From Camelus ferus (Eukaryota): 64,000 nucleotides of DNA. Within the stretch, counting starts at the first letter, position 1. Every line of letters starts with the position of its first letter. A program made the translations under genes and the position numbers. Location of the stretch: NCBI RefSeq assembly GCF_009834535.1, contig NC_045697.1:35714001-35778000 (forward strand), given 5' to 3'. Shown here piece after piece: positions 1 through 12,765 of this stretch. Below the pieces are notes generated by a model. The model had not been told where the DNA came from, made no database searches, and saw only the letters and a list, made by a program, of their open reading frames with translations.

Positions 1-146
1 TATCAAGGGGCAGAAGAGAAAGTCTTGTGGACTTTTTACCATGAGAAAGTATTTTACCAAGCCTACCCTTTAAAACATTCTTTCTTTATGGTACGTCTGT
101 GTGTATTCAAAAAATAATACCACTGTTGTAATGAAATATTTTTGTT

Positions 147-263
147 GGGGGGAGGTAATTAGTTTCATTTATTTATCTATTTGAATGGAGATACTGGGGA
201 TTGAACCCAGGGCCTCATGCATGCTAAGCACACACTCTACCACTGACCTATACCCTCCCCCCC
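147..263 (-). mobile_element. Camelid tRNA-derived SINE (Vic-1-like)
   Basis: Reverse complement has the tRNA A/B-box head (GGGAGGGTATAGGTCAGTGGTAGAG...GGGTTCAATCCCCAG), an (ATAA)n spacer and a CTAATTACCTCCCCC tail; same family as the copies at 2957, 4223, 5886 and 36595. Confidence 0.9.
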
Positions 264-344
264 AAACATATTCTTTTTTAAGCATATGCTTGTGATTTTA
301 CATAGGCAGTTGATTAGACACTTGAAAATTAAAATTATGTTCGC

Positions 345-546
345 AGCTCACATTAACTGAAGCGCTACTATGAGCCGAGGGCTGTTCTAAGGGCCTTATG
401 ACACTTACTACCTTTACGTCACCCTAGGAGGTAGCTACTATCAGTTCCATTTGACAGATGAGGAAACCAGCACAGCAAGGTCAGGAATCTGGGTCAGGGT
501 CACACAGCTGATAAGTAGCAGAGCAAGGATCTTAGCCCAGAAGTCT
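345..546 (-). mobile_element. MIR SINE
   Basis: MIR core in reverse orientation: TTGACAGATGAGGAAAC...GGTCACACAGCT. Confidence 0.8.
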
Positions 547-1344
547 CCTTTGGAGGAAATACTCAGAATGACTGTGCCAGATGATATTAAAAATCCACCA
601 TGCACATCTTAAAATGTTTTGTATTTTAAATTAGACTGAAAGCCTTTACTAGGACTTTGATGAACTACTTAGTGATTCGTAGATTCTGGTGACCATTAAA
701 AACCTGTTCAGGCTTGCAACCCTGTTTCCCAACCAAATTCCCTTTGGGTTGTCTGGGATGGAAAAGCCCCCAAAAGGCCACTCTGGCCCCTGGGTCCGTT
801 CTGCCTTGTGGAATAATATGTGATTCCCTGATCAAATTTTAATATAACTGCTTTGGTGTCTCTTAGTCATAGTAGAGAGATCATTTTCTCAACTTGAAAC
901 AGAGGTGAGTCCAGACATGAGGGCACAGGAAAAACATTAAGCAAAATTCCCCATAAAAAGGAAGGTGGAAGATTTGGTGGTTTATGTCATCTGGCAAAAC
1001 TTTGGAGGAGATGTCACAGCCATTGTGGAAATAACACCTGAAATCCCAACAATCAAACAGGCAACGACGCCTATCATACAGCCACTCCCAGGTGTTCATC
1101 CGAGTCCCCCGTCTGGGCACAAAGGGGACATCAGGGGAGACACAGGAGACCCAGGGTCAGACCCCCGTCTCCCTCCCTCTTCCCTTGTTGCCGGCTCCGG
1201 ACCACACCCCCTCCCCTAAGTACAGCTCCAAATCCTGCAACATTGTCTGTCCCTCCAGCCACAGGACCTGGTAAGGAAACTAAAGTGGAAATTAATTTTT
1301 ATTTCAATCCAGAGCAAAGGAGGGAGAAAAATGGCTAGAAAAAG

Positions 1345-1408
1345 ACATTATGCTGTACACCAGAAATTGACACATTGTAACTGACTATACTTCAATTAAA
1401 AAAAAAAA
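1345..1408 (+). mobile_element. Extremely 5'-truncated L1 3' tail
   Basis: GCTGTACACCAGAAATTGACACATTGTAACTGACTATACTTCAATT plus poly(A); matches the L1 tail ending at 14708. Confidence 0.85.
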
Positions 1409-1534
1409 GAGGATAGAAGAGTTTCTGTATCATCGCTAAATTTTGAGAGCAACAGAGAAAATCTATGGCTGAGAGAGTCTGAAATTCACACCTTCCTAGT
1501 GCTGTAATAATAATAATTTTAAAATGATAATAAA

Positions 1535-1735
1535 GGTTAATGTTGATTAAGTGCTACCTAAATGCCAGGAACACCTCTGAGCATCTGATGACTATTGTAT
1601 CTTTTAATCCTCACAACAACCCTAGGAGGTAGGTGATATTTTCCCCCTTCCTTTTTAGATGCGGAAACCAAGGCACAGAGAGGTTAAGTAATTTGTCCAA
1701 GTCCACACAGCTGATGATGATCCAAGCCACAATGT
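1535..1735 (-). mobile_element. MIR SINE
   Basis: TTAATCCTCACAACAACCCTAGGAGGTAGG...GGCACAGAGAGGTTAAGTAATTTGTCCAAG. Confidence 0.85.
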
Positions 1736-2444
1736 TCACCCGTGTGGATTCGCGCAGCTCACCCCTCCGGGCCTGCACTCTCGACCACCAGGAGCATTTA
1801 CTTACCGATGTGTGACCTGGAAAGACAGGCCCCACCGTCCTCTTACAAAGGTCAGGATGAGGGGTTTGGTCAGGGTGGACTCACCCTGTGTGCCTGTGAG
1901 CACAGTTGGGAATCAGTGAGGTGGGAACCAGCATGGGGGAAGCAAAGAGAAGGTACCAACACTTCTCTGGAGAAATAATGGGCAACCTGGCTCCTCTGCA
2001 GGTGAGGCCAGATGGGCACCTTCTGGCACATTCTGGGGGCATGGGGCAGAGAACACAGGCATCAGAGCAATGGCTGGGTAGGCTTCTTGTGGGGGCGGTT
2101 CCCCTCCTCTCTCGGGCATGAGACTGTTGCTTCCATTACCTCTGCCGGTGAAGTCTGTACTTGATAAATCAAGGAGGCCTCACCAAGGGCTCTTCCACTG
2201 TGGCAGCATCCAATCCCGGAGCTGTCAACGCTCAGGACAGTCACACCACATCTCTTCAGTGGACACACAGCCAGCTCTGCTAGGTTCAATCCTACACTTC
2301 TGGTACTTGGTGTAGCCTTTTCCTGCAGCTGGCCGTGTTCTCCCTGCTTGCTCCCACAAATAAGGCAGACCTGAAAGATTGGTTTTTAGAGGAATTTTGC
2401 TTTTTTGCTCGCACACAGTAATAGACATCTAATAAATCACTCTG

Positions 2445-2475
2445 TGGGTGTGTGTGCGTGTGTGTTTGTGTGTGC
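2445..2475. repeat. Imperfect (TG)n microsatellite
   Basis: gtgggtgtgtgtgcgtgtgtgtttgtgtgtgc. Confidence 0.8.
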
Positions 2476-2956
2476 AGCAAATGAATGATGAAATGGAGGG
2501 TCGGTCGCTCATTGCCTACCTCCAACCTGGCCACAGGACATTTATTTTCAAGATGCCAACAATCTCCACTTATCGGGTATGAGTCGGTCCGAAGCCTCAC
2601 GGTAACACCACCATGAACTTGAGCGTGCCGACGCTTCTTCCCTGGAATGCTGCCACGGTGGCAAACCCTGACTTCCTGCGCTCTGAATCAGCCTCACATT
2701 CACGTTGGGCACTGGCAAATTTACTCCGTTTCAGAGAAAAACACCCAGCCTGTGTGCCATCGCCCTTGGTTAGCCCGTCTGCAAGGAGAACGTTAAAGCT
2801 TCTCGCCAGGCCGCACCCTGAGCACACCCACTTGGATTATAAACATTCAGAAAATTACAGGCCTTTACCATCTAATTGGCAGTGCTCTTCTGAATAAAAA
2901 TACAGCCACCTCTGTGCCACGTTTTCTCCAGTTGGCAACAAATCAAAAGGCCAAGG

Positions 2957-3182
2957 AGAGGGAGCGTGTGGCTCAGTGGTAGAGCACGTACTTAGCACGC
3001 ATGAGCTCCTGGGTTCAATCCCCAGGACCTCCATTAAATAAATATATATATGTATGTATATGTATGACTGAAACATGCTGTACCCCACGAACTGACGCAA
3101 GTTGTAAACTGACTATATTTCAATTTTTAAAAAACTGTTAAAAAATAAAAATAAAAAAGCCTAATTACCTCCTCCCCCAATA
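2957..3182 (+). mobile_element. Vic-1-like SINE interrupted by an L1 3' tail
   Basis: tRNA head 2957-3035, L1 tail about 3041-3150, SINE tail CCTAATTACCTCCTCCCCC 3160-3178; TSD AAAAGGCCAAGG at 2945-2956 and 3183-3194. Confidence 0.9.
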
Positions 3183-4222
3183 AAAAGGCCAAGGGACACT
3201 CCCAGCAGTGACCACAGCTCTGCTCCATCAGGTAGAGGAATGTTTTTCTTAATGACCTTTTGTTTCCCCAAGTATCTCATAGCACTTGGGTGGGTGGTAT
3301 AGACCAGGTAGTGACTGACCAGCACGGTAAGATGTCGTGCTTTGGTGTGTTTTTGAAGTGTAGCCAGCATCGTCTGATGTCAAGAAGAGAACTGGCAAAG
3401 TTGGAATTGTGGGCCCAGCGGGACTTCGGCGGTCTCTGGCTGAGGTGGCTCCTCCCCAAAGCCTAGACTTTGCTCCTAGACATTGTTCTTGAAGATTCTG
3501 CAGCTCAGACTTAGGCATCTTCCCCCTACCCGCTGCCCAGTAAAAAATGTACCCAAGCACTGACCGACAAGCAGACATGGAGAGGGGTTCATGGTCAACT
3601 GTTAAGTGAGAAAACCAGGTTACAAGCGATCCGTGGTGTACGATGCCAATTTTGTAAAACAAAACCATAAATACATATAGAGGAAAAGTGGTTAACAGCT
3701 TTCATTAAAAAAACACAGGATTTTTAATGTTCTGTGCAGGTGATCTCTGCGTAGTGATACTGCTAGGTTTTTATTTGATCCTTTCATCCTTTTCCCTCAT
3801 CGATACAGTCTATGTATGTTTATTTCTTTAAAATAAATAAAGTAAATTAAGAAGGAAAAGGAAAGAAAACCTACCATCTTTTAAGGAGACTTTCAAATCT
3901 TACCTCCTTTCAGAACCTTTCAAGACAGCGCTGGGAGGCTCTTTCCCTCATCTAAACATAATAGAAGAAACATAAAAACTATGTGGAGTACGTAGAATTG
4001 CATGTGTGTTTCTATAACAACACTTGCAACTTTCCTCCCTGAAATGGAGTTTTGAAAAGTGTCTACTTACCTTGTGTCCTACAGTGGATTGTAAGTAAGC
4101 ACTTTGGCAGCAGGGACTGTGTTGGAAAACTCTGTTGCCTATAGCACCTAACGCTCACCTCCACACCCCGCCAGGTGTAGGCAGCCAGCACACCCGGTGT
4201 TATTGTTTTCTAAAAAATTTTA

Positions 4223-4341
4223 GGGGGAGGGAGGTAATTAGGTTTCTTTCTTTCTTTTTTTTAATGGAAGTACTGGGGATTGAACCCAGGACCTCGTGCG
4301 TGCTAGGCATGCACTCCACCACCGTGCTATATACCCACCCC
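4223..4341 (-). mobile_element. Vic-1-like SINE
   Basis: GGAGGTAATTAGG...GTACTGGGGATTGAACCCAGGACCTC... Confidence 0.9.
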
Positions 4342-5167
4342 ACCAGGACATCCTTTTTGAGTGAATAATTACACACATCTCTGGCTACATTCTGTGTTTC
4401 TTCAAAGTCCCATGAAAATTTACTCTCTCAAAATAAGAAATCCTGTGTCTTTTTAAGGAAAAGAATAACTAAAAACTTCACATAGGTATTTTGCTAATAG
4501 ACGCAAAAATAACAAAACCAGTGTCGCCAAATATCAGATGCAGTGAAGTTAGCTCTGGGGCTCCAACGAACAGTCATGGAGAGAATTATAGGGCTGCTCT
4601 GTGTCTTCTGGCTGGTGTCTGCATTTCTCAAACCATAGATGCTGCTGCTCTTTCCCCAAAGCTCTCAATTTATCCTGAGATGCTAAGTAATATGTCAAAA
4701 TCCCAAAGATAAGCCAGGAAAAGGTGAAGAGAAATTCAACATGTGATTATTTCTAAAAGAAACCATGACCTGTGACTTATTTAGTGTGTTGGCGGCAACC
4801 TAGCAGAATTCCTAGAAGATAATCACAGATTATCTACAGTGTGCAAAATAGGATGCAGAAGTAGGTCAGGGCATTTATGTGCAACTGGGGAAGATCGGAT
4901 AGGCCCCTGTTTTTCCCAACTGGGGAAAAGACCCCTGGCTTGGGTTTTGGGCTGCTCTGCTCAGCCTTCCTGTGAATCCTCATTCTGCTCACATCCCAGT
5001 CAGTGACCATGGCCCTCGGAGCCTGTTTCTTGTGTCCCTTCAGCACATCACTCCCAACTCAGCTGCCTTTTTAATTTCCATCTCCAGCAATGCCTTAAAC
5101 ATCTTTCTAAACTCAAGGGTTACATTGGGATACTGGACAGAAATGGTTCTTTTGCAACTTCTGTTTC

Positions 5168-5770
5168 TTCATACACTCAACAAACATGTATGGAGCACCT
5201 ACTATGTGCCAGGCTAGATGCTTTGGATAAAGTGGTGGACAAGAGAGGCACCGTGTCTGCCTGCCCAGCAAGGGAAGGCAGACCTATGCTATAAATAAAT
5301 ACTCAGAGTTGTTTCATTCTAGCTGTCTTAAATCCTATGGGAAAAAAAGCATAATGAAGAATAACAGTGAATAATCAGCATTTCTGAACCCATTTGAGGA
5401 GTTCAGAGTCTCCCAGGCAGAGAAGACAGCATATGTAAAGGCAATGGGTCAAGGAGGGTGGAGAATCCTAGGAACTGAGAAAGGCCAGTGAGGTTATGCA
5501 GGACCTTGAAGGTCACACAAAAGGACAGGAAGTTATCCACAGAGCAGTAGGGAGCCTTGGAAGGTTATGGAGCAGGGGAGTAATGCATCCAGATTGCAGC
5601 TCTTAAAGATCTTTCTGGCTGCTGTGTTGAGAACACAGAAGAGGGGCTAAAAGCAGCAGTGACCATGTAGGAGGCCATTGGGGTCCTCCAGGTCACAGGC
5701 GATAGGGCTGCAAGCAGCTTGTGGCATCATGGAACTGAGGATGGGGAGCAGTGAAGGAGTCAAGTTTTAG
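5168..5770 (-). mobile_element. L2 LINE 3' fragment
   Basis: TCAACAAACATGTATGGAGCACCTACTATGTGCCAGGC (L2 3' end, reversed) followed by a purine-rich L2-like body. Confidence 0.7.
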
Positions 5771-5885
5771 AAAATATATGCAAAAACAAAAGCAACAACA
5801 AAACCCAGAATCTGTGTCACCATCTGTAAGATGGACTGAAGTTAATGTGGACATAATAAAAGATTTTGATCCGATCCTTGTCCAC

Positions 5886-5982
5886 TTTATTTATTTATTT
5901 ATAACAGAGGTACCAGGGATTGAACCCAGGACCTCATGCATGCTAAGCATGCGCTCTACCACTGAGCTATTTCCCTCTCCCC
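5886..5982 (-). mobile_element. Vic-1-like SINE (short form)
   Basis: (TTTA)n tail plus GGGATTGAACCCAGGACCTCATGCATGCTAAGCATGCGCTCTACCACTGAGCTA; degenerate TSD TGTCCACTTT/TGCCCATTTT. Confidence 0.9.
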
Positions 5983-6249
5983 TGCCCATTTTACTTTTCT
6001 AGGTTTATGAGACTACAAGACTTCACCGGACAATATAATTACATATATTCCTTAACTAGTTGATTTGTTTTCTTGAAATTCTTTTCTAAACTGTCCAGAG
6101 GGACACTATGGACCACCACTCCTAGAATTATCAAGTGAAATCAGTGATGCATATTGAGCTCCAAGTATGTGCAAAGCCTCCTGTGACATTAAAAAATATA
6201 TATGATCCTTGTCTCCAAGGGGCTTGTAGACACTGGAAGTACATGAACT

Positions 6250-6600
6250 CCCCTTGAGATGGAAAAAGATGAAGGCCAGGAATTGAATCCCAGAATCATA
6301 ATTAGTGAAAGGGGTTGGAAAGAAGAACTAGAAAAGGATCTCCAAACAAGCAGTTGAAGAGGTAAGAGGAAGGACCAGGCATCACCATGGAAACTGAGGA
6401 GCGAGCCTGTGGAAGACGGGATGGCTACCAGGGCTGAGGGCTGAGCTGGCAAGGAGGGTAGGGAGTGAGAAAAGCCACCGGGAACAATCTGGTGGCACAC
6501 GACAGATCCATGACAAGAGAACAGAGCAGGCAGAAGCCAGCGCAGTGAGCCGAGAGAGAGGAGAAGATGGAGAAATACGACCACTGTCATAGACTAATCT
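6250..6600 (-). mobile_element. L2 fragment (probable continuation)
   Basis: Purine-rich, decayed L2-like sequence ending ...GACTAATCTTT. Confidence 0.45.
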
Positions 6601-8571
6601 TTACCCGTTGGTTAATTTCTATTTTGCCTTGTTCCAGAAAAAAATGTAAGGAGGCTTAAAGGGATTCAAATATACATCAGGAAAACATAAATTGAAAAAG
6701 GAATGAAAGGAGAAGGAAAAACAAGGGTGGTGATCTAAAATGAAGCCAGGAATGCAGTCGAATCTGCATACAGCCTTGCCTCACCCAAGTCAGGGAATTC
6801 GATCAAACAAAATGAATGGGACAGCTGCGAACACTGTTCAATTCCTTTGTGTAGCTCTTCCTCTCCTTCCTCCCTTGTAATCTTGGATCTTTTCCATTTC
6901 AAGTCCAGACTGTGCTCCAAAGGGTCAATTTGTCAATATTTGTGGAGTTTCTGCTATTTGAAAGGCATCTGGTTTTAAAAGATGGACAGAATGAGTGTCA
7001 GTGTCTTCATGCAAACTCATCGCCACCACCAGGAAGACAACTCAGAGCTTATCCCCTCAGAGAGGTCACTGCTGCCTCCTGTGAAAGTCAAGGGTGGTAC
7101 ATTTTGGAGAAATATATAGTCCTTTGGTAACCAGAATGGGGTGGAAAAATGGAGTTGTCCAAGTCGGAGTAGCGATCTGAATGTGGACCAGAGAAGAAGG
7201 GAAGCCACAGTAGGAGAAGCAGCAGCAGCAGCATCTTCTCACCCAGCTGGCTGTCTGTCTGCCCCACTGGACTGCAAAGTCCCTCCAAGGCCAGGTCTCT
7301 GTTCATGTCTCCATGGCATCAGCGCACTTGGCTCATGGAGGCTGCTCACTTAGCACTTGGGAAACAAATCCATGTTGAATAGTAGAAAGAAAAGCATACC
7401 TTTTGACTCTAATGGGTGTTGGTAATAGTAACCCATGGTAAATAGTTACAACTTTTGAAACTAAGCTGGAACTTCTCTGTGTTCAGTTTTCTTGTCTATA
7501 AAAGTACAGTGTATGCAGCAAAGATTGCTGATCACCACCCAGTGTCCATCTTGGTTAGGAATGCTTCTTTGATGGATACACCTCGTCTCACAGCTGCTCT
7601 CTAGGGAGTCTGCAGTCTGGATCCTAGAGGATTCTGACTTATACCCCTAAGGAGCCTCATTTAATCCTAGAGTTGAGAAGGAAATAGCCCGGGTGACATC
7701 TCACCAATCCTGAAGCCCAGCCGTGCGACAGCAGATTAACCACATACGAGTAACTAAGAGCTAGGGGTGGGCAACCTCAGTTTGCAAGCCTTGCTTTAAA
7801 TGACTTTCTAACTGGAAGTACCCAGAGTAGGGCAGGTGTGGTCGATTGGAAGTGCTGAGAACACATCAGGGTCGTCACGGCTTCATGAAGAGACTTTGAG
7901 CAGCAAATGAAAAAGCATTGTCATTATTTAGCACATCGATGCTTTGAAAGCTGTCCTTTGATATCTTTGCTTTTTTTAAAATGTCCTTTGAAAAATATTA
8001 CAAAATGGAGTGTTCCATTAAGAAGTGATAAGAAAAATATATTTTTATTTTGAAAAAAATATTGAAGGACTTTGTAAATAACACTGATAGATTCTGATTT
8101 TTATGAGTAATACGATTGCCCACTATTAGAATTGAGTATTTCTTTTGTCTGAGGGAGGTAAATGTTTGTTCTCCCAGGCCCACCAAACAAAAGGACTCAC
8201 AAAGTATCTTTTAAATAACGTACTGCCCTAGTGTTTATAAAATCGGATTCAATACTCAGAAATTAGGATTCAAATACATACGCAGCTATCACAATGCCCC
8301 AAAATGCATGGCTCTTTTGATGTCTACATGACATGGTAACATGAGCTATGAACAACCGTGTGACCCAAGGGAGAACTTGACCTTCCATGCCCAGCTCTCC
8401 AATGTCAAAACACCACCACCAGTAGCATTTTCAGAGCCAACCTTCACCACAGATTGCTATATGCCATATATAAGTCCCAAATTTCTCCTGCCAAAGCAAG
8501 AGAATTTTTATGCCCTAAAGATGTTCAGAGGAGGGGCCTCTCTCAAGTTCCCTACTTAAGTAGATTTTACT

Positions 8572-8612
8572 GCATGCGCGCGCACACTCACACACACACG
8601 CACACACACACA
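8572..8612. repeat. (GC)n/(CA)n alternating purine-pyrimidine tract
   Basis: gcatgcgcgcgcacactcacacacacacgcacacacacaca. Confidence 0.9.
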
Positions 8613-10047
8613 TCTCAACATTAGGGAATGACTAAAACCAGCTTAAGACAAATGATCTCCTTGTCATATGGGGCCCCAGCCAGCCCTTAAGGAGCCAGAT
8701 GTAGGACACTGGGCATCTGTTGAATAAAACCTGGGTCAGGTGCCTACGTACGTACCAGCCTCCTTGATGCTCAGGCAAGATATTGTTAACTTAGAGCAAC
8801 ACCATTCCGTTCTTGGTATAGTGTGGTTTTTAATGCACACAGGCCACCCTTCAGTCGTTTCCAAGCGTCCCTGCTCATCCCTGTTTAGCTCAGGCTGGTG
8901 GCTCCTGCTCTGTGTAATAATCTGCTCTCCGGCCAGAGATGAAGTCACGGTACTGGCTTTACGAGCCCTTGCAGCTGCACCATATACCCAGGGACACTCA
9001 CTGGAGCAAGAAAATGTGCCTGCAGAGCTTCGAGCCACACAAGTCAGTTCTGATGGTGCCAGGGAGCGGCCTCTTTTCCTGAGGGGGCCTTCATCCCTCT
9101 AAGAGGTCAGTCTCCAGGCCTCCCGGCCAGCGGGGCAGTCCAGCGCCACTCCTGAGCTTTCCTCCAGATCCCTCCCTGCACGGCCGTTGGGGCCAGGTTA
9201 GAGCTTGTTCCATCCGTGTCCTACTGTTTCCTCCAAGTGGGAGCCTCATGGGGCCAGGTTCTTGTTGGATAAAATATTCAGATGAGTGTTCACATTGTTC
9301 TAGAATTTTTTATTTCCCCTGGTCCATTCTGTGCTCTCTGTTGGAAGGCAATAAAGAAGCCTATTTCCCTCTGTCTTTGAAATGAGTCAATTAATTTCTA
9401 TGACGTGCTCGTCCTACATTTAGCAAAAGAACGGGACGAGAGCAGTAAGGAAGGATGAGGATACGGAAGAGAATGGCAAAATGTGTGACGGAGAGCTATT
9501 TCTTTAACAGCCATCAGTATCAGGCATCTATTAACACGGGGATATGAGTATACAGGTACTGACATTTAGTTGATAATAATATACTAATAAAATTAAAATT
9601 AAAATTAAATTAAAACATAGAAATGGGATTTTTAAATATGCTAACAGAATATTGATTTTTAAAATGGTTACTTATATACCTTTTCTATTGCTCCGTGTAT
9701 TAAAAGGGTTATATATTTAAAAGAATCCTTAGATGTTTTTCTAAAGTCAACGGGCTCCTCCCTCACACTTCTCCAGGGTTTAGTTGTCTGGGACAAATCT
9801 CCTTGATTGACAACCCTCCTACGAAGAGTTGAGAGGAAGAAGAGATGGGGGTAGCAGTGAGCCTAGCATTCACTGGTTTAGGATGTTCTGAGTGACGCCA
9901 TGAACTTATAGGTAAGCTAACTCCCTGTTCCTCCCACTTGTCTTGAATCTGGGTGCAGAGACAAAGGGAGAAGGAACCAAGTGAGATTTATTTGAGAGTT
10001 TGTATGACCATTCCATCTCATTCTCTAAATGATTAATAGGGTATAAA

Positions 10048-10521
10048 TATTACCCGAGGCAAGTTCATGTGCCTGGCGCACCATGAGGCCAAACAAATAG
10101 AGAGGTTGGAGCTTGGAGCAGAGAAAGGTTTTTGCAGGGCTGAGCAAGGAGGATGGGGTGGCCCATGCCCAAGAAAACCACGAATTCCCTGAAGGGTTTC
10201 AGCAAAGCATATTTAAAGGCCAGGTGAGGGAGGAGGGTCGCAGGTATGTGATCAGCTCGTGCACGATTCTCTGATTTGTTGATGTTGAGGTAACAGGGCG
10301 GTCAACACCATCAATCCCTGGTCGCCAGAAGTCTGGGGGCCACATGCTCATGATCATCAAGTAGTTCATTTCTTCCCTTTGGTGGTGGTATTTGGCATCT
10401 GAAAATCTCAGGAAGTATACACGAGGTACTATTATCTGGGTAGTTCAGAGAGGAGCTACAGCAGAGGATACAGGGAAGGGGTCTGTCCCAGGAAGGCCCC
10501 ACAGGGTCTTGCTCAGTTACA
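10048..10521 (-). mobile_element. ERV1-type solo LTR
   Basis: Termini TA(TG)TTACCCG...GTTACA with perfect 4-bp TSD TAAA/TAAA; shares blocks (CAAGTTCATG, GGAGCAGAGAAAGGTTT, GAAGGCCCCAC) with the LTR at 44190. Confidence 0.85.
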
Positions 10522-11179
10522 TAAAGAGTTATGCATTTGTGAGTTTGTTTGTTTGTTTGTTTGTTTCCATTAAGAAAGAACACAGATGAGGATGGGCTTA
10601 ATGGCCTTACTATAAAACAGAAGGTGTCTGTGGTGGGTCAGCAGGAAGGGGTTTAGTTGGGGACATTGAGGCCCTGGGGGGAACTGTTTGTCTTGAGGTC
10701 TCTGGCACTGACTTCACGGGCTACCTCAAAGGTGGCCATATCTTTAGGTGTATCGCATGTTGCACCTGTGTTCTTCCAAAGGCACCTGGAATCCTGCAGG
10801 AGCGCAGCCTCCTGGAAGGGGAGCTGGCAGCGGATACCATAATCTCTTTTCATCTGAACTAAAACCAGGAATCGCCAAAGGCTTGAACGGAGGCAGGCTG
10901 AGGATGCCCGAGAATCTGCAAAGATGCACACCTTATCTAACACTGGGGATGTAGGTTTGTCCTCTAGCTGGCAGGAAGATGTGTGAGCAGCCAACATGCC
11001 TTTTACAAAAAAAAAAAAAAATGCGAATACTTACAGCAATTGATTTGCATTCAAGCAGAAGCAGATGAAGTAAAGTGGTAAAAACTTCTTGCTTCGATAG
11101 CACTTTGCACTGAAATAATATAAGTGATGCTTCAAAAGTATTTAACTCCAGGCGACACTAAGGCACCCACATGCCTCGC

Positions 11180-11600
11180 TACTGGGGAGTATAAATTGGA
11201 CAAGCCTTCTAGGGGACAAGTTGCCAATACATATCACAAATGTTAAACATATATAACCCTCTGGAAATTCCACCGCTAGGAATGGGTACTATAGAAACAA
11301 TCAGATACACCCACAAACATCTATGGGCAAAAATGCTCCTTGTAATGTTATTTTTAATGGAAAAAAAGGTGAAATGTATTTAAACATTTCAACAATGAGG
11401 GATTGCTTAAAAACTTATGCCTAGACATTAGAATATTAGGCAGCTGTATTTTAAAGGAATCCAATGAAAATTGTTTTAAAATATTAAAAATAATTTTTAG
11501 AAAAAGATATTAGATGAAGTAGTGTTCATGATAAAATGTTGGTTTTTAAAAGGTAAATAACAAACAGTATATACAGGATGAACCCACTTTAGGGAAAAAA
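11180..11600 (+). mobile_element. Old L1 (L1ME-like) 3' fragment; resumes about 12155-12317 and 12770-12806
   Basis: Decayed ORF2 end/3' UTR motif GGGAGTATAAATTGGACAAGCCTT...AATTCCACCGCTAGGAAT. Confidence 0.65.
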
Positions 11601-11653
11601 CCCTCAAATTACATATCCATCATTTATTGAGCACCTAAGCAGGGAAGAGAATT

Positions 11654-12154
11654 TGTTACTGAATCCAAACTTGTTCTGCTCATTCCACGGAAGGTCAGTA
11701 CATGGGGAGACAAGGTGTTGGGGCAAGTAATAATGACTTTATCAGGAAAGCCAGCAGACCAAGAAGATGGGGGACGAATGTCCTAGAGAACCATCTTCCT
11801 CAAGTCAGAATTCAGGCTCCTTTTATACTAAACAGGGGAGGGGTGTGTGGTTAGGTGTTGCAAACTTGCTGGTGTTGAAATTCTTTGTTCTTGAAGCTGT
11901 CCACTAGGTCAGGTCACGATGTTCCTGTAAACCTTCTCTGTTCTGCAACTTTTTATCTCTATATGAATGGAAAAGTGTTATAACCTTAAAGGTCAGAGCC
12001 TTGAGAATGAGCTGTCCTATGTTCCTTAGGCTATGGGCAATATTCTTTTATAAAAGGTGTAGAACCAGCATGACTAAACACAGGAAACAGAGCACAGGGT
12101 TAGAGCTCAAGGAACAGAGGTAACATGTAGTCAGGTTTGTTCTTCCCTCCTACA
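11654..12154 (-). mobile_element. ERV1-type solo LTR
   Basis: TGTTACT...CCTACA termini, TSD AATT/AACT, reversed TATA (TTTTATA 11821-11827), reversed poly(A)-like signal near 11737. Confidence 0.8.
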
Positions 12155-12317
12155 AACTGAACAAGATAGACATAGGAAGCTTAGTGTGATTACATCAGGT
12201 AGAAGGATATATTAAATGCATTAATAGCGCTTATTTCTGTGGCATGGTATTGTTGGGCATCTTTAGTTTTCTTCATTGTCCTTTTTGTATTTTGTGAAAT
12301 TTCCAAAAATGAGCATG

Positions 12318-12765
12318 TGTCACCGACCAAGGTTCTTGGCCTCTTTAATCAATAGAAATTGATAAGAGGTCAGACGAAAAGTTCAGGCAAGGCTTTAACG
12401 GGACTTGTGCTACAGCCCGAGGGAGCGAAAACAAGTAACAAGTGCCCTTGCTCGCTCCCTGAGGGCGGGCGAGCTGGTCCCTTAAATGGGGCTAGGGCCG
12501 GAGCGGGTCCAGGGGTCAGGTTGGAGGAGTGGCTTATGTGGTCTGCCCACCCCCTTGGGGGCGTTGTGTGCAGGGATCATGTGCAGTACCCTGCTTCTGC
12601 TACTGTCACCTCAGAAGTGACAGTTGGGTTTTTGGTCTTTTTGTTTCTTATTGCTCATAATGCCCCAACTGCGCATGCACACAGCTATTTTTTGTATTCT
12701 GTTGTTCGGTCCCTGTGCAAGCATTGCAACCCAGGGTCCCACGTCCCACGTCCCAGCCTGTCTAA
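12318..12765 (-). mobile_element. ERV1-type solo LTR (same family as 31945-32383)
   Basis: TSD CATG/CACG; reverse complement aligns along its length with 31945-32383 (e.g. TACTGCACATGATCCCTGCACAC, TCAATTTCTATTGATTAA). Confidence 0.9.

Noticed and set aside
147..263. tRNA genes (also at 2957, 4223, 5886, 36595)
   Set aside because: The A/B boxes are SINE heads with A-rich tails and TSDs, not cloverleaf tRNA genes.
965..1219. 84-aa proline-rich ORF
   Set aside because: GTG start, no recognisable homology, no convincing flanking acceptor; length expected by chance.
7218..7233. (CAG)5 tract as a coding poly-Q/poly-A/poly-L signal
   Set aside because: Too short and no supported exon around it.
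10650..11021. Processed pseudogene ending at the A-tract 11007-11021
   Set aside because: No AATAAA upstream, no TSD found, and no protein recognised in any frame.
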